A stretch of 64,000 nt of DNA from positions 39,404-103,403 of the forward strand of contig DAOTCE010000006.1 of NCBI GenBank assembly GCA_035452965.1. Direction: 5' to 3'. Both the position numbers and the translations under genes were made by a program. The DNA comes from Minisyncoccota bacterium. GTDB taxonomy: Bacteria > Verrucomicrobiota > Verrucomicrobiia > Limisphaerales > UBA8199. Under the pieces are notes generated by a model that had not been told where the DNA came from, did no database searches, and worked only from the letters and a program-made list of their open reading frames with translations. Numbering within the stretch: position 1 is the first letter of the stretch; every line of letters begins with the position of its first letter. This document shows positions 57,374 to 64,000 of the stretch, one piece after another.

Positions 57374-57634
57374 ATGGCAGTTAAACTTCGTTTGAAGCGG
57401 ATCGGGGCTAAGAACACGCCTGCGTTCCGCATTGTCGTGGCGGATAGCCGCAGCCCTCGAGATGGGAAGTTCATCGAGGAGCTGGGCACGTATTTACCCC
57501 GGAAGAAGGGTGATAACTTCACGCTGGACCTGGAACGGGCCAAATACTGGCTCAGCAAAGGCGCGCAGCCGAGCGATACTGTCGCCAGTTTCATTAAGAA
57601 AGCAACCAAAACTGCCGCAGCCGCCAAGGCGTAG
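57374..57634 (+). CDS. rpsP: 30S ribosomal protein S16
   Basis: [40 protein letters not shown]... Confidence 0.97.
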   Translation: MAVKLRLKRIGAKNTPAFRIVVADSRSPRDGKFIEELGTYLPRKKGDNFTLDLERAKYWLSKGAQPSDTVASFIKKATKTAAAAKA

Positions 57635-57650
57635 GGACAACGTCTGGACC

Positions 57651-57896
57651 ATGCAAGCGTTCCTCGAATACGTCGTCAAAGGGTTGGTGCAGAATCCGGA
57701 CACGGTGACGATCACTCCGGTGGAGCGCGAGGGCACGACGGTTTATGAGTTGCGATTGCACCCGCAGGATGTGGGAAAGATCATTGGCCGGCAGGGCATG
57801 ACGATTAACGCGATCCGGTCCTTGTTGCTGGCCGGCAGCGCCAAGAAGGGGCTGCGCTGCACGCTGGAAATCGTCGAGGACAAACCGGCCAACTGA
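57651..57896 (+). CDS. KH domain RNA-binding protein (YlqC/UPF0109)
   Basis: 81 aa from ATG 57651. [48 protein letters not shown]. Confidence 0.9.
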   Translation: MQAFLEYVVKGLVQNPDTVTITPVEREGTTVYELRLHPQDVGKIIGRQGMTINAIRSLLLAGSAKKGLRCTLEIVEDKPAN

Positions 57897-57984
57897 GCGG
57901 GACCGGATCTGGGGGTTCGGCGCGTTGTTCCGCGCGACGCGATCCGGCGGCAATAATGGCGCAAACCCAGACCCTAACCGGAAG

Positions 57985-58668
57985 ATGAGAATTGACGTGC
58001 TGACGCTGTTCCCCGCGATGTTCGCGGGGCCGCTGGACGAAAGCATCATCAAGCGCGCGCGAGAAGCGGGCCGGCTGGATTTGACGATTTACAATTTGCG
58101 CGATTATGCGCATGACCGCCATAGGACCGTGGATGACCGGCCTTTTGGCGGTGGACCGGGCATGCTGTTGAAGCCCGAACCGATCTTTGAAGCAGTGGAA
58201 GGTCTGGCGCGCGAGAACACGCGCGTCATCTTGCTCTCGCCCGCGGGCCGGCGGTTTAATCAGGTCATTGCGCGCGAACTGGCGGCACTCGACCATTTGC
58301 TGATGGTTTGCGGCCACTATGAAGGGTTTGATGAGCGAGTGCGCGAGCATTTGGCGGACGATGAGTTGTCCATTGGCGATTACGTTTTGACGAACGGCGC
58401 GTTGCCGGTAATGGTGATCATTGACGCGGTCACCCGGTTGTTGCCCGGCGTGCTGGGCGACGAAGGCAGTGCCCGGGAAGACTCGTTCAGCCAGGGCCTG
58501 CTCGAGCACCCGCAATTTACGCGGCCGGCCGAGTTTCGCGGGATGAAGGTCCCGGAAGTGTTGCTTTCGGGCAACCATGCGGAAATCGCCCGGTGGCGAG
58601 CCGAGCAGGCGCGGCTGCGAACAAGAGAGCGCCGGCCAGACCTGCTATCAGAGGCAGACAATTTATGA
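57985..58668 (+). CDS. trmD: tRNA (guanine37-N1)-methyltransferase
   Basis: ATG 57985 gives [30 protein letters not shown] and [11 protein letters not shown] blocks. Confidence 0.95.
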   Translation: MRIDVLTLFPAMFAGPLDESIIKRAREAGRLDLTIYNLRDYAHDRHRTVDDRPFGGGPGMLLKPEPIFEAVEGLARENTRVILLSPAGRRFNQVIARELAALDHLLMVCGHYEGFDERVREHLADDELSIGDYVLTNGALPVMVIIDAVTRLLPGVLGDEGSAREDSFSQGLLEHPQFTRPAEFRGMKVPEVLLSGNHAEIARWRAEQARLRTRERRPDLLSEADNL

Positions 58669-59057
58669 ACCAGGCATTACTTGACAAAATAGAATCGGAA
58701 CAGTTTCGCAAAGACGCCGCAGATTTCGCGGTCGGCGATTCGGTGCGCGTGCATACGAAGGTGGTCGAAGGCGACAAGGAGCGGATCCAGATCTTCTCCG
58801 GTGTGGTGATTGGTCGCCGCGGTCATGGACTAAATGCGACCTTCTCTGTTCGGCGCATCAGCTACGGCGAGGGCGTGGAACGCGTCTTCCCCCTGCATTC
58901 TCCCCGGGTCGAGAAAGTAGAAGTTGAGCGCAAAGGCTCAGTCCGGCGCGCCAAGCTCACCTACCTGCGCAAGCGCCTCGGCAAGGGCGCAACGCTCGTC
59001 AAAGAAAAGGAAGGCCGCGCAGCGGCTGACGCCGCGCCCAAATCCGCCCAGGCATAG
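58665..59057 (+). CDS. rplS: 50S ribosomal protein L19
   Basis: ATG 58665 overlaps the trmD stop (ATGA). [33 protein letters not shown]. Confidence 0.97.
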   Translation: MNQALLDKIESEQFRKDAADFAVGDSVRVHTKVVEGDKERIQIFSGVVIGRRGHGLNATFSVRRISYGEGVERVFPLHSPRVEKVEVERKGSVRRAKLTYLRKRLGKGATLVKEKEGRAAADAAPKSAQA

Positions 59058-59169
59058 CCTGCGGAAAAATCACATCTGCCCGCGGGAGGCTGCAGCCTCG
59101 CCCCATCATTGCCGCAGGGTAGTTCTGGTGGGCACAGCGCGATTGGCTCTACCCCTCAGCCCCCCAGGA

Positions 59170-60435
59170 TCATATTTTGCTTGCCCGCTGCATGAGCGCT
59201 GCAGCCTCCGCCAGCGGAACGATGGCTTCCTGGCGCGTCGCCAGGTTCTTGATTCTTGCCACTGGTTCACCGGCCTGATTCCGTTCGACCCTCACGGTGT
59301 GCGCGGCCTTGAGTTCCTGCGCGCGCTTGAACTGCTTGTCTGGCTTCGCTGACGTCAGCGAGTAGTCCACCGTTAATCCAGCCGCACGCAGATCGTGAAT
59401 GAACTTCAGAGAAACGGCGCGCAAGGTTTCATCTTCAATCAGGCAGAATGCGGCAATAGACGCGTCAAACTTCGGCAGCAAGCCGCGGGCCTTAAGGAAT
59501 TCCAACAGCACTACGTCGCCCATTCCAAAGCCCAGGGCGGGGAGGTCCACTTTGCCCCCGCTGATAAGCTTAACCAGCTTGTCGTAGCGGCCACCGCCGG
59601 CGATGGCGCGAAATTCCCCGGTGCGGTCAAACGCCTCGAACACTACCCCCGTGTAGTAGGCCAATCCGCGTATGACATGGTAATCAACTTTCACGTAGTC
59701 CTTAAGGCCGCGCGCAGCGAGGTTCTCTAGAATGGCATCCAGTTCGCCGACCGCTTCGCCCCGCTCGATGAAGGACGACACCTCGCTCAGGCTAAGGCCC
59801 GCGCTCCTGAGCTTCTCATCGCTACGCTCCGGCGCCTCGCGCTCCAGCTTGTCAATAATCTGATAGAATGCATACTCCTGTGCCGCGTCTCCGTGGTGCC
59901 GCCGGAAGAAGTCCTGCCACGCGTTTCGGCTGCTCAGGCGGATCACGAAATCCCGCTCGGTCAGGCCGAATGAGCGGAGAGTATCGATCAAGAGCGCAAT
60001 TAACTCGGCATCGCCGGCTGGGTCGTTTTCGCCGATGATGTCGGCATTGAACTGGAAGTGCTCGCGCAAACGGCCCTTCTGCTGGCGTTCATAGCGGAAG
60101 AGCTGGGGCAGTGCAAACCACTTCAATGGCTTCTTGTAAGCCCGCTCCGACGCTGCAACCATCCGCGCGAGCGTGGGAGTCATTTCAGGGCGCAGGGACA
60201 CCAGCCGTTCGCCTTTATCGCTAAAGCTGTAGAGCTGGCCGACGATTTCTTCGCCGCTCTTGGTCGTAAAGAGCTCCAGCGGTTCGAGCGGTGGGCCATC
60301 GTATTCGCGGAAACTGTAGCGCCGCGCCATGCTCCGCCACTTGTCGAAGATGTATTGGCGCGCATCGGCACTCCACACGTCAGGCTGTGGCAATGGCTCG
60401 GGATAGAAGTCGCGAAATCCGGGTAGTCGTTCCAT
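59170..60435 (-). CDS. hisS: histidine--tRNA ligase
   Basis: MERLPGFRDFYPEP N-terminus. Class II motifs (LRPEMTPTLAR, FRYERQQKGRLREHFQ, GGGRYD). Confidence 0.97.
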   Translation of the reverse strand: MERLPGFRDFYPEPLPQPDVWSADARQYIFDKWRSMARRYSFREYDGPPLEPLELFTTKSGEEIVGQLYSFSDKGERLVSLRPEMTPTLARMVAASERAYKKPLKWFALPQLFRYERQQKGRLREHFQFNADIIGENDPAGDAELIALLIDTLRSFGLTERDFVIRLSSRNAWQDFFRRHHGDAAQEYAFYQIIDKLEREAPERSDEKLRSAGLSLSEVSSFIERGEAVGELDAILENLAARGLKDYVKVDYHVIRGLAYYTGVVFEAFDRTGEFRAIAGGGRYDKLVKLISGGKVDLPALGFGMGDVVLLEFLKARGLLPKFDASIAAFCLIEDETLRAVSLKFIHDLRAAGLTVDYSLTSAKPDKQFKRAQELKAAHTVRVERNQAGEPVARIKNLATRQEAIVPLAEAAALMQRASKI

Positions 60436-60533
60436 AAAAATGAGGCGGACGTTGACGTGTGCCCGTCCGAGAGCAACACCGCGCGCAGGTTACAGGCACG
60501 GCCCAGCGCGTAGAAACCAACCTCCGCCCCGGA

Positions 60534-60866
60534 TCAGGTTTTGTGCGGCTGCGTCGGGGGTTTGGCTGCGAACTTGGGGGCGAGCTTGCGGACCGCCAGG
60601 CGCATTTCTCTGCCGGCCTTGAACTTGACCGCGCAACGTTCGGGTATCGGTACTTTGGTCTCCGGCGCGGCCGGATTGCGCCCGAGTCGCGCCTTGCGCA
60701 CCCGAACATCGAATATGCCGAAGTTGCGCAACTCCACCTTCTCCCCCTTGGCTAGTGCTTTGATGATGTGATCAAACGTCCGCTGCACCATATCAAACAC
60801 ATGCTGCTGCGCCTGCCCCGTGTCCTCGCAAATACGAAGAACCAAGTCACGCTTCGTCAGAGTCAT
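60534..60866 (-). CDS. HU/IHF-family DNA-binding protein
   Basis: 110 aa. VELRNFGIFDVRVRKARLGRNPAAPETKVPIPERCAVKFKAG beta-arm. Lys/Pro-rich tail. Confidence 0.9.
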   Translation of the reverse strand: MTLTKRDLVLRICEDTGQAQQHVFDMVQRTFDHIIKALAKGEKVELRNFGIFDVRVRKARLGRNPAAPETKVPIPERCAVKFKAGREMRLAVRKLAPKFAAKPPTQPHKT

Positions 60867-61025
60867 AAGAAATGAAGTTCGTTGTTAAGTCCCGTCAATT
60901 GTTGTGTTTATAGCTCCGGCGTGGACCGGGGTCAAGCCAAGAAAGCAGGAAAACAAGGGGTGCGGACACGTCCAAATCGGAAGCGGAATCTGGCTCCTTG
61001 GACAACCCCCAATCACCGCGACACC

Positions 61026-61940
61026 TCATGTGTGCGTCTTGACCCCGCCTATGAGCTGGTGGACGTCTCCAATCCGGTTGTCGTCCATGAACTGGCGAAG
61101 CCCGGCGATAACCTGCAACGCCGTCTGGGGTTCATAGAAGTTTGCCGTGCCGACTGCTACTGCGGTTGCGCCGGCAAGGATGAATTCGATGGCGTCGGCG
61201 GCGGTTTGGATGCCGCCCATACCGATGATTGGGATCTTCACAGCATTCGCCGCCTCCCAGACCAACTTGATGGCGATGGGCTTGATGCAAGGTCCGGTCA
61301 AGCCACCGGTAACATTGGCCAGCCTGGGCCGACGTGTCTCGATGTCAATCGCCATGGCTGGAAAGCTGTTCATGATGGAAAGGGCGTCGCTCCCAGCAGC
61401 CTCCGCCGCACGGGCGTAAGGAACGATACTAACCACATTAGGACTCATCTTGGTGATCAAGGGGAGTTTCGTCGCCTTTCGGCACGCGGCCACCACTTGG
61501 CTGAGCAGTTTCAAGTCCGTCCCGAATTGCGCGCCTCCTTCCTTGATATTAGGACAGGAGACATTCAGCTCGAGAGCGCCAACGCCACCGAGGGCGCCAA
61601 AGTAGCGGGCTACTTCCGCGTATTCGTCGACCGTCGTGCCCCAGATGTTGATGATGGTGGGGACCTTAAGCCCCTTCAGGAATGGCCAGTACTTCTGGCT
61701 GAAGCCTTCCACGCCCGGTCCCTGCAGGCCGATGGCATTGATCAGACCGCTGGCAACCTCGGCTGTGCGAGGTGTCGGGTTACCTCGAACGGCATGAAGA
61801 CGGATGCCCTTGACGACCACCGCGCCGAGTTGGTTCAGATCAATGAGCCGGGAGTATTCAATGCCGTATCCAAAGGTGCCCGAGGCCACGGTCACCGGAT
61901 TTTGCAGCGTCAGCGGGCCGATCTTGACCGCCAAGTTCAT
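61026..61940 (-). CDS. pyrD: dihydroorotate dehydrogenase, class 1B catalytic subunit
   Basis: ATG 61940 gives MNLAVKIGPLTLQNPVTVASGTFGYG. NVSCPN and GGLTGP blocks. Start overlaps the pyrK stop. Confidence 0.93.
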   Translation of the reverse strand: MNLAVKIGPLTLQNPVTVASGTFGYGIEYSRLIDLNQLGAVVVKGIRLHAVRGNPTPRTAEVASGLINAIGLQGPGVEGFSQKYWPFLKGLKVPTIINIWGTTVDEYAEVARYFGALGGVGALELNVSCPNIKEGGAQFGTDLKLLSQVVAACRKATKLPLITKMSPNVVSIVPYARAAEAAGSDALSIMNSFPAMAIDIETRRPRLANVTGGLTGPCIKPIAIKLVWEAANAVKIPIIGMGGIQTAADAIEFILAGATAVAVGTANFYEPQTALQVIAGLRQFMDDNRIGDVHQLIGGVKTHT

Positions 61941-62722
61941 AGGCCCTCCTCCCAGGCGATTTGCCGGCAATCAAAGACTGGTCCCTCGGTACAGGTGCGC
62001 TGGTATTCCCAACCCTCGGCAGTCTTGATTGGAACCACGCAAGTCAGGCATACACCGATGCCGCAGCCCATGTGCTCGTCGAGCGAAAGCTCTGCCGGTA
62101 AGTTGAACTCTGCCGCGAGCCGACCGACTGCCTTCAGCATTGGGGTTGGGCCGCAGGCGAATAATTTTCGGCCCGGCATGCCGCGCCTCAACTCCTTCAG
62201 CAATGCTTGAGTCACAAGGCCTGTTTCTCCCTGGCTGCCGTCCTCGGTGGTGACACGCACCTCCCATCCAAGCGCGCGAAATTCCGCCTCGCATAGAATG
62301 TCCACCCGCCGACGGCCGCCGACGAATACAATCCCCCGTTGCGGGGAACGCTGGGCCAGCAAGTACAGCGCGGCCATGCCGTACCCACCGGCGATGAGCA
62401 GCGGAATCTCGCCGGCTGGCAATGGCACGGTGAACCCGCGGCCAAGGGGCCCGATCAGGCTAAGTTCCTCGCCGGGGCGCATCCGCGACAGAACCTCGGT
62501 CCCACGGCCGATAGTTTTGTAGAGAATTGACAGGTTGCCGGTGGATACTTGGAAGACACTAAACGGCCGGCGCAACAGTGCGTCCTTCAACGGCAGGATG
62601 CGGACGTGCACGAACTGCCCGGGCTGGACCAGCGGCGCAATCTGCGGGGCGCACAGGACCATCCTGAGGTACAGGTCGCTGTCGCGCTCGTTAGAGACTA
62701 TTTGCGCCGTTTCTTCAACCAT
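61937..62722 (-). CDS. pyrK: dihydroorotate dehydrogenase electron-transfer subunit
   Basis: ORF from TTG 62728; ATG at 62722. RRPFSV FAD motif. LIAGGYGMA NAD motif. C-terminal 2Fe-2S cysteines MGCGIGVCLTCV. Confidence 0.9.
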   Translation of the reverse strand: MVEETAQIVSNERDSDLYLRMVLCAPQIAPLVQPGQFVHVRILPLKDALLRRPFSVFQVSTGNLSILYKTIGRGTEVLSRMRPGEELSLIGPLGRGFTVPLPAGEIPLLIAGGYGMAALYLLAQRSPQRGIVFVGGRRRVDILCEAEFRALGWEVRVTTEDGSQGETGLVTQALLKELRRGMPGRKLFACGPTPMLKAVGRLAAEFNLPAELSLDEHMGCGIGVCLTCVVPIKTAEGWEYQRTCTEGPVFDCRQIAWEEGL

Positions 62723-62803
62723 TCGCAAGGAGCATGGGCGGGCCAGCAGGACGTGTCAACGTTGCGAACAGCCGGGTTACGGATCGCGTTACCCTTCAAC
62801 TGG

Positions 62804-64000
62804 TCACGTCCCGATTCTTTGCAGCCCTTTCTTGCTGGCAGGCCGCGCGGATTCCATTTCGGCCTGCGTCACGCGATCTAAACTCGTGTCCGTCGGCTGG
62901 ATTGACGCGCGAGCGGATTCAACTGCCAGCTTCGCGCTGCCATTTGACCCAGCCCGGGACAACAGGTTGCGGTATGTGGTGAGCGCCAACAGTGGCCACG
63001 CATTCCGGTACATGTCGTACTTAAGATAGTACACCTTCGGAAAGCCCGTGCCGGTGGTTTCGTGCTCCGTCCAGGAGCCATCTGGATTCTGGTGGCGCAA
63101 AAGATACTCGATCCCGCGCTGGAGACTGGGGCGGGTCGGGTCATCAAATGCGCATAGACCCATGGTCGCCCAGGCTGTCTGGGTAGCCGTGCTGGGGCCC
63201 TGACCCTTGAAGACCGGATCGTCGTAAGTATTACAACGCTCGCCCCACCCGCCGTCCTCGTGCTGAACGCTTTCGAGCCAATCCCGAGCTTTGACTAGCC
63301 ACGGCTCAGCCATTTCGAGATTGAGGGCGCGCAGACCGCGCAGGACCTGCCATGTGCCATAGATGTAATTCACCCCCCAGCGACCGTACCACGAGCCGTC
63401 TTCTTCCTGGTGCTCGCGGATAAACCGCAGCGCCTTCTGCACTTGGGGATGTTCCACGTTCCAGCCTTCGTAACCGAGCAACTCCAGTATCCGCGCCGTG
63501 ATGTCGGCGCACTCGGGGTCCAGCATCGCATTATGGTCGGCAAAGGGAACCTTCTCCAGCACACCTTTTGTACAGTCTTTGTCGAAGGCAGCCCAACCGC
63601 CATCCTTGCATTGGAAGGTCAGCATCCATTTCAGGCCGCGCTGGAAACACTCATCGCGCCTTTGTCGGTCGTCCGTCGGAACTTTGCGCAGCGCCAGGAG
63701 CACCATCGCGGTGTCATCCACATCCGGGTTCCACTTGTTCGCGAACTCAAATACCCAACCACTCGGCTCGACTTTGGCGGGGTTCTTGTATTGCCAGTCA
63801 CCGCGGAACCGGATTTCCTTATCCATCAACCACTCCGCCGCCCTCTTGAGCGCCGGATGGCTGGCGGGCACACCGGATTCACTCAAACACATACTGACGA
63901 TGGCCGTGTCCCAAACCGGCGATAAGCAGGGCTCGATTCGGATGGTCTGCTCCGTCTCATGCTCCAGCTTCTTCAACTCATGCTCAGCTTGCTGGACTTT
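62804..64000 (-). CDS. shc: squalene--hopene cyclase (C-terminal ~398 codons; N-terminus beyond window end)
   Basis: QW repeats (QHEDGGWGE, EEDGSWYGRWG, QNPDGSWTE). GTGFPKVYYLKYDMYRNAWPLLAL. The frame stays open through 64000. Confidence 0.93.
   Translation of the reverse strand, partial: KVQQAEHELKKLEHETEQTIRIEPCLSPVWDTAIVSMCLSESGVPASHPALKRAAEWLMDKEIRFRGDWQYKNPAKVEPSGWVFEFANKWNPDVDDTAMVLLALRKVPTDDRQRRDECFQRGLKWMLTFQCKDGGWAAFDKDCTKGVLEKVPFADHNAMLDPECADITARILELLGYEGWNVEHPQVQKALRFIREHQEEDGSWYGRWGVNYIYGTWQVLRGLRALNLEMAEPWLVKARDWLESVQHEDGGWGERCNTYDDPVFKGQGPSTATQTAWATMGLCAFDDPTRPSLQRGIEYLLRHQNPDGSWTEHETTGTGFPKVYYLKYDMYRNAWPLLALTTYRNLLSRAGSNGSAKLAVESARASIQPTDTSLDRVTQAEMESARPASKKGLQRIGT

Noticed and set aside
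1-64000. Window-wide screen by eye for CRISPR arrays, rRNA/tRNA/tmRNA/RNase P, integrases, transposases, reverse transcriptases, toxin-antitoxin pairs and known defence-gene signatures
   Set aside because: None was found. The only direct or inverted repeats are the three 240-bp elements and the isolated hairpins reported above. Without a search tool, short or divergent elements may have been missed.

Overview
GC-rich bacterial chromosomal segment. The gene content points to the PVC superphylum, most likely Verrucomicrobiota (inference): a PEP-CTERM protein, an autotransporter-associated beta-strand-repeat protein, two prepilin-like H-X9-DG proteins, TAT-signal Gfo/Idh/MocA and xylose-isomerase-like enzymes, and squalene-hopene cyclase. 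I call about 47 protein-coding genes. Housekeeping genes are purD, purM, the pgl-pgi-tal-pgm block, parB, def, rpsP-KH-trmD-rplS, hisS, an IHF/HU gene, pyrK-pyrD and a partial shc. Between them lie a four-gene surface-protein cluster (181-9103) and several carbohydrate loci: a GH172/DUF2961 operon with an atypical FucP-like permease (22779-29037), a GH2 gene overlapping pgm, and a propeller sensor kinase plus regulator plus GH-like gene (48146-54239). By eye I found no rRNA, tRNA, CRISPR array, integrase, transposase or recognisable defence gene. Many long ORFs in the six-frame track are antisense or N-terminal-extension artefacts of the high GC content. Most notable observations: (1) a monocistronic 791-aa protein that fuses a PfkB-fold kinase (with CxxC insertions), an unassignable ~180-aa middle domain and a NadD-type adenylyltransferase. 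(2) A ~240-bp intergenic repeat family with three copies, built around a perfect 42-50-bp palindrome; one copy abuts a ~35-codon remnant of a GH78 rhamnosidase gene. (3) An unrelated 112-nt nested hairpin repeat next to a truncated winged-helix gene. (4) An FucP-like permease with two large insertions, inside the GH172 operon. All functional calls rest on motif recognition from memory and have not been checked by database search.
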